From a virus (lineage: Duplodnaviria > Caudoviricetes), in the IMG/VR virus record IMGVR_UViG_3300024493_000235, positions 32,001 to 96,000 of that record: a stretch of DNA of 64,000 nucleotides; one strand, 5' to 3'. A program made the translations under genes and the position numbers. Below are positions 40,442 to 50,411 of this stretch, in pieces (the stretch's first letter is position 1; each line of letters begins with the position of its first letter). The notes beneath the pieces were generated by a model that saw only the letters and a list, made by a program, of their open reading frames with translations, searched no databases and was not told where the DNA came from.

Positions 40442-41503
40442 ATGATAGCAGACATAATTGTAGGTATGCAATACGGTTCGGAAGGGAAAGGTGCTTTTGT
40501 AAATCACGCATTACAAATGGAAACCGGTTATAATATGTCGATGAGAGTCCAGTCAACACAATCGGGACATACTATATATTTTAAAAATCAAAAATATATA
40601 ATGAGGTCCATTCCTTGTGCATGGGTAAACCCGAATGTCGAATTATTGCTAGGTCCCGGCGCTTTTACAGAAAGGGATATTCTTTTGGATGAAATAAAAA
40701 GTATAAATGGATCTCTTGGAGGAGATGTGCGCGATCGACTTTTTATAGACAAAAGAGTATTTGAAGTTGAGGACCGTGATAAGCGAAAAGAAGCAGATCA
40801 AAAACTTGATAGCAGAATTGGAAGCACAATTCACGGATCAGGTTCCGCACTAAACGAAAAAATATGGAGAAAACGCACAAGAGGTAATAAAAATTTTATC
40901 GAATGGTGCCTTGCAAATAAGATAAATGTCGTTGACACAATAGACCATATACAAAAAGGAACTCTTTTAATAGAAGGATGCCAGGGAGCTATGCTTTCTA
41001 TTCATACATCACCTTTTTATCCGTATGTAACATCCAGAGAAGCCACAGCTTCAGGAATCTTATCAGAATGTGGAATATCCCCACGTGATGTAAGAAATAT
41101 CTTTGGTGTCTTTCGTACATTGCCAATCAGAGTAGGAGGGAACTCAGGACCTACAGGATCAGTTGAAATTACTTGGGAAGAAGTTTCTAGGAGAGCAGGA
41201 TATAATGTAACACCAGAAAAGACTTCCGTTACTGGCAGAATTAGGCGTATCTTCGAGTTCTCATATGATGATATGGCTCACGCTATTAGAGTAAATAAAC
41301 CCACGCACTTAATTATGACCTTTGCAAATTACATCGCTCCTTGTTTTGGAATTGATTCATGGGACAAAATTGACATCAATTCCAAAAGAAACATAGATAC
41401 ATATACATCTGTAGTAAACAAGCTTTGCAAAAATATTACACCTAACAATACTTATGGTATTGTATCAATTAACACAAATCCAATTAATTGGATAGATATC
41501 TAA
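40442..41503 (+). CDS. purZ: Adenylosuccinate synthetase-family protein of the PurZ type
   Basis: GMQYGSEGKG (Ser at PurA Asp13), SGHT, IGST, IEGCQG, FYPYVTSR, RTLPIRVGGNSGP, TFANY; start ATG 40442 after GGAGG. Confidence 0.7.
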   Translation: MIADIIVGMQYGSEGKGAFVNHALQMETGYNMSMRVQSTQSGHTIYFKNQKYIMRSIPCAWVNPNVELLLGPGAFTERDILLDEIKSINGSLGGDVRDRLFIDKRVFEVEDRDKRKEADQKLDSRIGSTIHGSGSALNEKIWRKRTRGNKNFIEWCLANKINVVDTIDHIQKGTLLIEGCQGAMLSIHTSPFYPYVTSREATASGILSECGISPRDVRNIFGVFRTLPIRVGGNSGPTGSVEITWEEVSRRAGYNVTPEKTSVTGRIRRIFEFSYDDMAHAIRVNKPTHLIMTFANYIAPCFGIDSWDKIDINSKRNIDTYTSVVNKLCKNITPNNTYGIVSINTNPINWIDI

Positions 41504-41593
41504 TTGATAAATAAATAAAACCAAGGGGCCAAATGGCCCCTTGGAGTTTTTCTTTTGACTATTCGCCACCCGATGCTGGAAAGACGCTCATCA
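41504..41593 (+). repeat. Direct repeat of 43695-43767 (terminator plus tail-tube 3' end)
   Basis: GGAGTTTTTCTTTTGACTATTCGCCACCCGATGCTGGA identical in both copies; hairpins nearly identical. Confidence 0.9.
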
Positions 41594-41653
41594 TTTTTAA
41601 AAATAAATTAGAATATATATAATAATGGTATATTAAATATAAGGAGAATACTT

Positions 41654-43705
41654 TTGAAAGATATGGAGCTTACATGCACTAAATGTAACAAAACATTTTC
41701 ATTAACACGTAACGCATTTTTGAAACGGCAATACAGAGGTGTCGATACATCTCTATGTCAATGGTGTAGTAAAGCACACACAGAATTCAAAGATCATATA
41801 TATGTGCCAAAGTCAGAAAATCATATTTGCCAAAAATGCGGTAAATCCTTTACACTTACAAGAAGTGCATTTAATAAACGGAAATGCAAAAAACAAGATA
41901 CTACATTATGCAATCCGTGCAGAACAACTCAAACTACTTCTGATCGTCACGGATATGCATCTCCGCTTGCAAATCCTAATATATTACAGAAAACAAAAGA
42001 TACAATGCAAGAAAAATACGGTACAACATACGCACTACAGATTAAAGACGTTGAGGGTGTAGGATATCAAAAAGCTGTCACAACATTTCAAGCTAATTAT
42101 CACACTAATGCAGCAAATCCGTTAATGCATGCAGAAACACTTGAAAAAATAAAAGCAACAAATGTGGATAGATATGGAGATGCTAACCCATTGAATAATC
42201 CTGAAGTCAGAGCAAAGCAACAACAAACAATGATTAAACTATATGGAGGAAAACCCCAAGCAGAATCGGAAGAATGTAGAAAAAGAGCACTAGAAGTATT
42301 TCGAACAAGATACGGTCAAAATTGTTATTTGCAGTCTGCTCATTTCTCTGAGAAGATGGTACTAAAATTTGGAACAAGATACCCACAACTTACAACTCAT
42401 AGTAGTAGCAAAGAAGAAAGACATGTGTTCAGCAAAATTGAAGAACTCTTTTATCACGGTTTACTTAAAAATTCCAAATATACATTTATTTACAATGATC
42501 GAGAAAAATATAAAAACAGTGCTTTATTCACTTTCTCTTATGGTGATACCGATCATCCGTGGGACGGAATAGTGCTCAACGAAGATTATAGTATTGCACT
42601 CGTAATCGATTATGATGGTGAATATTATCATGGCGATTATCCTGACTATGATGGCGTACATTCTTCAGAAGAAAGGGATTCTATCAGAATGAAATGTGTT
42701 CCTAAAGATGCTAAGATACTTATCATCTATAAAGATACTCAGGATTACATTAAAGATATCGTTGACATACTTGGTATGGATTACGACGAATGGCTTAATA
42801 AGTTATACAACTATTGTTGTGGTATCGATTTTCCATTCTATCACAATTATTATTACGAAAAACAACTTTTACACAGTTGGAAAGCGCTTGCACTATTTAC
42901 TCCTGAGAAATGTGATAAAAAATCGTGGACAAAGCTCACCCAAGGACGCTCTACACTAGGTGGAAAACTTATTAATTATTTTCACCCGTCTATTTATAAA
43001 TGTCACACCAAAGGAAAAATATCACCATATGATGCATGGTATCATACCGATGAAAATGGTAATCGTGATTTACTTCGTAAATGTATTCGTAATAGAAGTA
43101 TTTATGCAAATTCGTATAAACCATATCGGATACTGCAAGGTTTTAACATTTCTGATATTGCACGAAAAATAACTACATTTTCAGCATCCAGAGCAAAAAT
43201 GTTACTCATAAAATATGCGCAAGAATTTGACCAAATCTTTGATCCTTTTATGGGATTTTCCGGTCGTCTTCTTGGAACTGTGGCTCTTAAAAAAGCATAC
43301 ATAGGAAACGACATAAATAAAACCATTATACAAGAAGCAAAAAATCTTATTAGATGGTTTGAAAGGCATAACATCGAAAATAGAGTTATTTTGACAAACA
43401 ATGATATACAATCGATCCCAAAAGAATATTCGATGCATAACGACGAATGCTTGTTTACGTGTCCTCCATACAAAGATACCGAAATTTGGTACGACGAAGT
43501 ATCAAAGCGAGAGATTAGATCTAATATGACAGCGGAGCAATGGGTTGAATTTTGTCTTGACACATTTAACTGTAAAAGGTATATATTCGTCGTCGATTCA
43601 CGATGTAACAAGTACAACAGCAATGTACAAGAAATATTTGTTAATAGAAGATCTGCAAAATACCATGTAAATCTTCATGAAAAAGTACTTGTTTTTGATA
43701 AATAA
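41654..43705 (+). CDS. Zn-ribbon + YG-repeat + Vsr/DUF559-like endonuclease + amino-methyltransferase fusion
   Basis: CxxC pairs, YGxxN repeats, WD...LVIDYDGEYYHG, FDPFMGFSGRLLG, YIGNDIN, LFTCPPY. Confidence 0.75.
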   Translation: MKDMELTCTKCNKTFSLTRNAFLKRQYRGVDTSLCQWCSKAHTEFKDHIYVPKSENHICQKCGKSFTLTRSAFNKRKCKKQDTTLCNPCRTTQTTSDRHGYASPLANPNILQKTKDTMQEKYGTTYALQIKDVEGVGYQKAVTTFQANYHTNAANPLMHAETLEKIKATNVDRYGDANPLNNPEVRAKQQQTMIKLYGGKPQAESEECRKRALEVFRTRYGQNCYLQSAHFSEKMVLKFGTRYPQLTTHSSSKEERHVFSKIEELFYHGLLKNSKYTFIYNDREKYKNSALFTFSYGDTDHPWDGIVLNEDYSIALVIDYDGEYYHGDYPDYDGVHSSEERDSIRMKCVPKDAKILIIYKDTQDYIKDIVDILGMDYDEWLNKLYNYCCGIDFPFYHNYYYEKQLLHSWKALALFTPEKCDKKSWTKLTQGRSTLGGKLINYFHPSIYKCHTKGKISPYDAWYHTDENGNRDLLRKCIRNRSIYANSYKPYRILQGFNISDIARKITTFSASRAKMLLIKYAQEFDQIFDPFMGFSGRLLGTVALKKAYIGNDINKTIIQEAKNLIRWFERHNIENRVILTNNDIQSIPKEYSMHNDECLFTCPPYKDTEIWYDEVSKREIRSNMTAEQWVEFCLDTFNCKRYIFVVDSRCNKYNSNVQEIFVNRRSAKYHVNLHEKVLVFDK

Positions 43706-43767
43706 AACCGAGAGGCCATTTGGCCCCTCGGAGTTTTTCTTTTGACTATTCGCCACCCGATGCTGGA
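43695..43767 (+). repeat. Direct repeat copy 2, containing bidirectional terminator 43708-43731
   Basis: Matches 41504-41580. Confidence 0.9.
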
Positions 43768-44801
43768 GCAGGATTAAAGCCTGCGGCCATACCATTCTCG
43801 TAGAAACCGGCAGCGCTGTATTGCGTAGCGGCTCCTTGTTGCGGTTCGAGACCTGCAACATTCGGAGCTGTATCATCAGTGCTAGAAAGACGTTCATCAA
43901 CACCGTGCCATACCGAAACACCGAGGTCGAAATTAGAATAGTTGTCAGCATAGAAATTACTCTTTTCGAGTATTACTGCGGCTAAGCTGTTGACAGCGTT
44001 GTTTTCATGGAAGATACCAAAGAACGGAATATCCAGTTCCATCGGAGAATGCTCCCCTTGAGTATACTCGAAGTGACTGTTGGGAACTTGGTTCGGGAAT
44101 GCGCCAAACCATATACAGGCAAACTCGATAGAGTCTAATCCGTAAGCACCGCCTGAGTTATCAGTTAATGCATAAAGGATTATACCTGAATGGTTAATCG
44201 GTGAGAAGCGCAGATTACTTCCGTCGAAGGTCTTACCATGGTATGTACCATAGCCAGAACCTAGATCCGAAATACCGGTTACCCAATATTTTGAAATCTT
44301 ACGGAACATTCCGCCTTGCGTTTCTTGGAATTTGAGATTGAAGTTATTATTCCCTTTCTTGATGCCGGTTGGAACGCTGTAGCTTTCTGCGTTATTACCG
44401 TAAGTAATTTCGGCAGTCTGCAATTCGTAGTTTCCGATACCAGAGAGTCCCTTACACATACGCTCAATCATCCTCTGGCTTAAGCCCCTAATTGAAGGCT
44501 CAAAGAAGCGAGGCATGGAAAGAGCCCAGACACGTCCATAGCCGCCAATGAATGGCTCAATAAAAGGAAGAGTGTCCTGGGTGACGTTGGGAACGCCAAG
44601 GAATATGTTGTTGTTTGCAAAGTCGGGAATTACGTTTCTTGTGTTATCCCAACCGCGAGGGGGAGATCCGCCCCAGTCTATTATGGTTGTTGCGTCGGTG
44701 TAATCTCCAGGAGCCGGGAAGGTTACTTCGGAAGTTCTAAGTCGTCTATCCTCGGCATTACTGCCTTGAACGACAGTTTTTCCATCAAATGTTACAGCCA
44801 T
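43746..44801 (-). CDS. Tail tube protein
   Basis: Directly downstream of the sheath gene; FQE..GG...YWVTGISD and IEFAC..FGAFP motifs recalled from AR9-like tubes; GC-richer codon usage. Confidence 0.75.
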   Translation of the reverse strand: MAVTFDGKTVVQGSNAEDRRLRTSEVTFPAPGDYTDATTIIDWGGSPPRGWDNTRNVIPDFANNNIFLGVPNVTQDTLPFIEPFIGGYGRVWALSMPRFFEPSIRGLSQRMIERMCKGLSGIGNYELQTAEITYGNNAESYSVPTGIKKGNNNFNLKFQETQGGMFRKISKYWVTGISDLGSGYGTYHGKTFDGSNLRFSPINHSGIILYALTDNSGGAYGLDSIEFACIWFGAFPNQVPNSHFEYTQGEHSPMELDIPFFGIFHENNAVNSLAAVILEKSNFYADNYSNFDLGVSVWHGVDERLSSTDDTAPNVAGLEPQQGAATQYSAAGFYENGMAAGFNPAPASGGE

Positions 44802-44812
44802 GTGTTACCTCC

Positions 44813-46996
44813 TTACCGTGCTGCCACGACGTAGAAGTTCCACGTCTGTATGAAGTCCGTAAACTTCATTTCGATATACAAGGACGCAGCATTATCGTAT
44901 TTGTCCTGCAGCGTCTGCTCTGTTTTGATGGTCATCCTTTCAACCGGGCCGTTCATCTGGAGGTATGCAAGGTCACGTCCTACTTTCTCTTTAGCTTTCA
45001 CCATTGCGATTTCGGGTTTTTCCTCAAAGCGCAGGTCGGTAAGGATTTGCCTTCCCACCCATATCGCTTCACATACAGCATGGCAATTGCGGATAACAGC
45101 GAGATAACTAAGACGTTTAAGATACATTGTCCTAACGCTCATAATGGCGTATTGATTGAGGCGTACTTCTTCAACGTAGTTCATCTGCTCTTTTATGAGC
45201 TCGGTCTTCTGGTCTTCATCAGGATACCAAGAAAGGCTTGTCATGGTTTGTAAGATACCCTTTTCGGTTCCCGCCATCAATCGGTTCGGACCATAGTTCG
45301 CACGAAGCCAAGGAAGCTTAAATGCGATATCGTAGCAATACGTAACGTCAATGTTGCGTCTGTTGTACGCATCCCACGCAACGCCTGATTGCGGCCACAA
45401 TGAAGACTGCCAATCCTGAAGACCGTTAAGAACAGTCTTCTTGTAATTGATGGCGGCAGAACAGCTTGCGATGAATCCGCAGTCGATATATGCCATAACA
45501 TCCAATCTTTTGCGGCAGAAATAAATCATTTCTTTCTTAACAGCATCGACGTTTGCGGCATCAATTACGGCCGATATTTGATACTTATACGGAGAAAGTA
45601 TATTGGAATCTATTTCTCCCGCATAAGCTCTCCTGAAGAGCTCGTTTTTAACGGCGTCATAGGCTTCGTCGGCTTCTTTCTTACTTGCGTAATACTTAAG
45701 GTTGTCATTTACAGACGGATCTTTTGTTCCAACGACGTAGCGATCCCTATCGAGATCCCCATCATCTCCACCAACAAAAAAGTTATCACTTGCAGAAAGA
45801 TCCATATCGGGTTGTTTCTTGTTGTCAAAGAAAACAAGGTCTTCTTCGGCGGGGTTTATAAACCTTACGTACGGTTTTCCACTTCTGTCAGCAAGAGAAA
45901 TAAAATCGATAAACCTCGGATCCTGTGCTTCAGAGAGAATAAGAGTTCCAGTGGCATCTTTTACTTCGTCACAGTAAGGCTCGAATTGCCTTTGCAAACT
46001 TTCCCATGTATCATCGGATGTGAGAATTCCAATGTTGTCAATTTTCTTGATGTAATCCGTATCGGTGATTTTGGTGTCGATGAATTCAGAAACTGTCCCT
46101 GTGGAATCCACTGCGTCAGGATTAAACGCTACGGATATTGTGCTTCCTGTGGCGGCAAGAGCGATATTTCCTTTATCATCCTTTTCAAAGATGCTGTAGA
46201 AATACCGTCTGCCATCTTCGAGATCTTCTTCCCTTGTTTGATCGAGAGTTAAAGATACCGAATAGTTGTTTCCGAATTTACCGGATCCGCGGAGTTTGAA
46301 AATTGTAAGATAATTGTTTGTCCATCCGTTACCGGCATCGGAAGTTGTTCCGTTAAGGCGCGTTAAAAGCTGCTTTAACATAAGGGGTTCTGAAAGGCCT
46401 AATGTGGCCATATTCAAGAAGCTATCGGGAACACCGCAAATTGTCGGGGATATCTTGAGAGTCGGAATCTGAAGATTGACATCACCCAATTCTTGGAAGT
46501 TGTCTGTTAAATAAACAGAACCTGCTACAGCGCCTCCAGCGGGGACGACAGTAGTTTCCACTGTGCATTTGTATAATTTGCCGTTAAATGACCCGATTTG
46601 ATTTAATTTGAATTCTTCGCCTTCGCCTATAAGTCTGGCCGAAGCGCTCGTAAGAGTAACTGTCGAGGGTTTTGTGCGAATATTAAGAACTGCAAACGCA
46701 GGTTTAGCATTATCTGCAGTAACCCGCAACCCTAGTAACGTCCCACCACCTTTCAGCCATTGAATGCCGTTATAGATGTGCTGTCCATCCCTTGTGATAC
46801 GCGGGACACCAGAACGCCGGACATAATCCGTTTCGTTAAGGAACCTTCGTACTTTACCGTCCATCCCTTTCTGTGAGATATACGGCTGGAATAAGACAAA
46901 CCCTATAGGGGTAGTCGTCACTTCATCCACGATCGAATTATCGATAATCGCGGTAGTTACTCTGGAGTGTATATAATTATTAGAGACATCAATCAT
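44813..46996 (-). CDS. Contractile tail sheath protein
   Basis: HSRVTTAIIDNS N-terminus, LRVTADNA, RGSGKFGN, GGDDG, VIDA and R.D.MAYIDCG; AACA-N6-TA at 47085-47096. Confidence 0.85.
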   Translation of the reverse strand: MIDVSNNYIHSRVTTAIIDNSIVDEVTTTPIGFVLFQPYISQKGMDGKVRRFLNETDYVRRSGVPRITRDGQHIYNGIQWLKGGGTLLGLRVTADNAKPAFAVLNIRTKPSTVTLTSASARLIGEGEEFKLNQIGSFNGKLYKCTVETTVVPAGGAVAGSVYLTDNFQELGDVNLQIPTLKISPTICGVPDSFLNMATLGLSEPLMLKQLLTRLNGTTSDAGNGWTNNYLTIFKLRGSGKFGNNYSVSLTLDQTREEDLEDGRRYFYSIFEKDDKGNIALAATGSTISVAFNPDAVDSTGTVSEFIDTKITDTDYIKKIDNIGILTSDDTWESLQRQFEPYCDEVKDATGTLILSEAQDPRFIDFISLADRSGKPYVRFINPAEEDLVFFDNKKQPDMDLSASDNFFVGGDDGDLDRDRYVVGTKDPSVNDNLKYYASKKEADEAYDAVKNELFRRAYAGEIDSNILSPYKYQISAVIDAANVDAVKKEMIYFCRKRLDVMAYIDCGFIASCSAAINYKKTVLNGLQDWQSSLWPQSGVAWDAYNRRNIDVTYCYDIAFKLPWLRANYGPNRLMAGTEKGILQTMTSLSWYPDEDQKTELIKEQMNYVEEVRLNQYAIMSVRTMYLKRLSYLAVIRNCHAVCEAIWVGRQILTDLRFEEKPEIAMVKAKEKVGRDLAYLQMNGPVERMTIKTEQTLQDKYDNAASLYIEMKFTDFIQTWNFYVVAAR

Positions 46997-47223
46997 AGGT
47001 TATTTCCTCCTAGAGTGTTAGTAAACCTTTTAAAACCTTTCTCTCCGGCCGAACGACGGGGAGACAAGTTTTTCAAGGCTTGGTTATTAAAATGTTTTTT
47101 TAAGGCCTCAATTTCTGGGCATATTTTATAGAAGTTTGGGGCTAAAACATGGATTTAATGCCAAAATCCTGATAGTTCTATATTGATTTTGCGTATATAT
47201 AATATAAATATAAGGAGTACCAA

Positions 47224-47418
47224 ATGAAGACTATGAGAAATATAGTTATCGGCTTTTGTCTTTTTATAACAAGCATTTTTGCTATATTAAAGACAACACA
47301 AATAACTAATTGGTCGTGGCTATGGATTCTAAGCCCTATTTGGATTCCTTTGTTGGCATTCACAGTTCTTTATATTATTTGTATGCTGCTCGCTCTATGT
47401 ATAGTAGACGAGATTTAA
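47224..47418 (+). CDS. Small membrane protein, paralog of 47697
   Basis: ILK.....WSWLWILSPIWIP; promoter 47194. Confidence 0.7.
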   Translation: MKTMRNIVIGFCLFITSIFAILKTTQITNWSWLWILSPIWIPLLAFTVLYIICMLLALCIVDEI

Positions 47419-47434
47419 TCAAAGGAGGATTATT

Positions 47435-47704
47435 ATGGCGGCACAATTTATAGGAATTCCTATAAAACGGTTGGGTCCGAAATGGACGTTTATAAGCTAT
47501 CTGTTTCAGAATACGCTTATAGTTATTGCGATAGGCATGTTTGCACCTAATGTATTTGGGCCATGGACACTTGATACAATCGTAAGGGCATGCTTTTTAA
47601 TCATTGCGGTAAGCGCAATAAAATCTGTCATGCAATTCGATTCAAACGAATTTAAAGCGAAAGCTAAAAAAGCAAATATGCAGGAGGAAAAGAAAGATGA
47701 ATGA
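47435..47704 (+). CDS. Small two-TM membrane protein (holin-like topology)
   Basis: Two hydrophobic segments and a charged C-terminus; AGGAGG RBS. Confidence 0.55.
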   Translation: MAAQFIGIPIKRLGPKWTFISYLFQNTLIVIAIGMFAPNVFGPWTLDTIVRACFLIIAVSAIKSVMQFDSNEFKAKAKKANMQEEKKDE

Positions 47705-47954
47705 AAAGGCCAGCGGTGCTGCACGTGGAGGAATTGGATTCTGCGGGATTTTAACGGTGCTCTTTATTGCGTTAAAATTACTTGGAAAAATTGATTGGGG
47801 GTGGCCGTGTGTTTTATCACCATTATGGGCACCTACAGCCATTATACTCCTAATTTTACTTCTTATCGTTGTTATCGCGTTTCTTAAAGCTTTCATAATG
47901 GTTTACAATATAAAATTATACAAAAAGTTTCGCATAAAGCAGAAGACATCGTAA
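47697..47954 (+). CDS. Small membrane protein, paralog of 47224
   Basis: LFIALKL.G.IDWGWPCVLSPLWAP. Confidence 0.7.
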   Translation: MNEKASGAARGGIGFCGILTVLFIALKLLGKIDWGWPCVLSPLWAPTAIILLILLLIVVIAFLKAFIMVYNIKLYKKFRIKQKTS

Positions 47955-47982
47955 TGCTGTGGGATAAAGGGGAATTTTTGAA

Positions 47983-49428
47983 ATGAAAAGAATCTTAGCG
48001 GCGTTCATATGCATATTGTGTTCTTTTGCTATAATGTCTCACATCGTAGAGAACACAATATCCAGTTATATGGAGGTGCCGGAACTACAAAAATTGCAAG
48101 ATATGGTTCTCTTGCATACCAACAATAGTTTGTCTATAAATCATCCAGAGAAAAGACAAAGGAACCATTTTGAAGGATCTAAGTTCATGCGAGAATGTAT
48201 CGGAAACAAAAACGCAACGATACAAACTAACATGCAGCCTGATACGATAAAACACCACATCGAAAACGGGAACGAAGTTCTTATTGCAAAAGGTTATTCT
48301 AATTCTGTTTTACGTGTTTTTGCCTATGATGCATTTTCGCAATTATTTTCAGTAATGGCGGAAGATGATACGACATTTACAATCCGCGAAATCGATATCA
48401 CGTACTATGGACAAAGTATAACAGGTGTTGTAATCGGCAAAGAAGGAAAGAGTCATCATATGAAAATACGTGATGACCTTTTTAATTCTCTTTTTAACTA
48501 TGAAGGAGTGACGAAAGAAGAACCTATAAGGTTTTTAAGCGCTGATGCAAGTTTTTATAACTACAGCGAACAACAATGGTACGCGCAGTACGTACGTGAT
48601 ATAGCGTTTTCAATGAATGCTATTCCTATAATAAGGTACGAAGATTATGCGCGTTATGCCGAGTTTTGGAAAAAATACATCCCAGAGCATTTTGTATATG
48701 CCATGATTAACGCGTCTATAATACATGACGTTCCCATGGACTACATTTATGCTATAAGCCGAATAGAAAGTGTTAATTACAAACACTTCTCATCATTAGA
48801 AAAAAATAAAAATGGAACTATCGATTATGGTGTTATGGGCCTTAACTCCGCCAACTTCGATACATCCAAAAAACATGGAAGAGAGTTTCTACAGAAGTTC
48901 TACTATAATGACAATTATCACGGCGTTTTTGACAGTGAAAACCAGCTACACATTATTAAAGTGTGTGTAAAGTATCTTAAAGCTTTAACACGTGAAGTTG
49001 GTTCTTATTGGAATGCTGTTATTGCATACAATGGAGGATCTTCTAGGGTACTTAGCGGAAAGATTCTCTCTGCATCTTTAAGATACGCAGAGAAAGTGTG
49101 GGATATAAGAAGAACTGTAAAATCTTTTTCGACAGTCGTTCAGAACGCTACATGTAAGGCTTCGGCATTATATGAAGTATTTGTATATTACACTGATAAA
49201 GAAATTGCAGAGGCCTCAAAAAAGCACAAAGAAAAGGATACGAAAAAACAGATGTCCCTTAAAATGAATAGATCCAAAGTGTCACATCTTTTAACATACA
49301 CAGTCCGCGAAATGTACAAAGCATTAGTTTTACAATCTTTCGATAAAAAGAAGATTGTCGAAGTACATGAAGACGAAGGAGTATTCTTGGGTACTTTATC
49401 GGAGAATGGAAATTACATTATTATGTAA
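47983..49428 (+). CDS. Exported lytic transglycosylase (SLT domain)
   Basis: Signal/anchor; AISRIES (catalytic Glu), NKNGTIDYGVMGLNS, KYL and AVIAYNGG. Confidence 0.85.
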   Translation: MKRILAAFICILCSFAIMSHIVENTISSYMEVPELQKLQDMVLLHTNNSLSINHPEKRQRNHFEGSKFMRECIGNKNATIQTNMQPDTIKHHIENGNEVLIAKGYSNSVLRVFAYDAFSQLFSVMAEDDTTFTIREIDITYYGQSITGVVIGKEGKSHHMKIRDDLFNSLFNYEGVTKEEPIRFLSADASFYNYSEQQWYAQYVRDIAFSMNAIPIIRYEDYARYAEFWKKYIPEHFVYAMINASIIHDVPMDYIYAISRIESVNYKHFSSLEKNKNGTIDYGVMGLNSANFDTSKKHGREFLQKFYYNDNYHGVFDSENQLHIIKVCVKYLKALTREVGSYWNAVIAYNGGSSRVLSGKILSASLRYAEKVWDIRRTVKSFSTVVQNATCKASALYEVFVYYTDKEIAEASKKHKEKDTKKQMSLKMNRSKVSHLLTYTVREMYKALVLQSFDKKKIVEVHEDEGVFLGTLSENGNYIIM

Positions 49429-49479
49429 CTGTACTTTACTTCGATTTTGACTATATAATTTAAGTAGGAGGAAAGACGC

Positions 49480-49839
49480 ATGAAAAAGTTTATCATGCTC
49501 GCAGGATTTATTATCCTTGCGACGATTTTTGGTTTTAGTCTTGTTTCATGCTCCAGGGGTTTTCACAGGTGGCAAGCCAAACGAACTGGAGATATCGGCG
49601 AAGCATATAAAGTGCAAGATGCCGATAAAAGATTAGCCGATTTACACTGGTTTGAGGAACAGTACCAGGTAATACAATCAGCTAAAATCAAATACAATAA
49701 CGCTGTTCCCGAAGACAAATCTTCTTTAAGAAACATACTGAACGATTATATCGGGCAGTACAATTCGCGGATGCGGCAATATGACCGTGCTATGTGGGCA
49801 AATAGTGACTTGCCTGAAAGACTTGACATGGTCGAATGA
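49480..49839 (+). CDS. Lipoprotein
   Basis: LVSC lipobox; WFEEQY...QYN...LPERL. Confidence 0.75.
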   Translation: MKKFIMLAGFIILATIFGFSLVSCSRGFHRWQAKRTGDIGEAYKVQDADKRLADLHWFEEQYQVIQSAKIKYNNAVPEDKSSLRNILNDYIGQYNSRMRQYDRAMWANSDLPERLDMVE

Positions 49840-49859
49840 TTTATATAGGAGGAAAAGAA

Positions 49860-50408
49860 ATGAGAAAATTAAAACTGAATCTTCAAACAATCTTTGCGTT
49901 CATCGCAGTAGTAGGAATTATTCTTGCTATTTTTGTGTCATCGTGCGACGCGCCGAAACCGAAGCCGAAATCTTCGACGGAAGTGTCGAATGAAAACAAT
50001 GAGGCAATTGCCTTAGCTGCACAGCTTGCATATCCCACCCCCATGGTTACAAACTTCAATGAGCGCAAAGTTCTCGATCAGTATATCCGTTACTTTGACA
50101 AGCCAGGTGTTATCACCTACGTTTACCTTTATAGTTTCGGCGTTTTCATCGATTACTTTATTTGCGGCGATAAACCCATATCCACTAGAAGTTACATGGA
50201 ACCGGAAGAAAGATATTATATGAACGGCGCCTTGATTCAAACTCCGTCCCTCGATGGCACTTGGGGACAGGATAACATTGGATGGATATTTAAGCGCGAT
50301 GATGGTACAATAGGCTCATGGCAGGGATCCGGTGCTAATTTATTATTCTTTACCGAAAAGCCCACTCCCGACCGACACGCCCGTCTTATAAGCGCTGGAG
50401 TAAAATAG
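49860..50408 (+). CDS. Lipoprotein
   Basis: VSSC lipobox; ER...YVYL.SFG...PSLDGTWG; start ATG 49860 after AGGAGG. Confidence 0.75.
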   Translation: MRKLKLNLQTIFAFIAVVGIILAIFVSSCDAPKPKPKSSTEVSNENNEAIALAAQLAYPTPMVTNFNERKVLDQYIRYFDKPGVITYVYLYSFGVFIDYFICGDKPISTRSYMEPEERYYMNGALIQTPSLDGTWGQDNIGWIFKRDDGTIGSWQGSGANLLFFTEKPTPDRHARLISAGVK

Positions 50409-50411
50409 CCT

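Noticed and set aside
40346-41503. Annotation as ordinary purA with the ORF-track start at 40346
   Set aside because: The catalytic Asp is Ser and TKLD is TFAN; the RBS and family N-terminus point to ATG 40442
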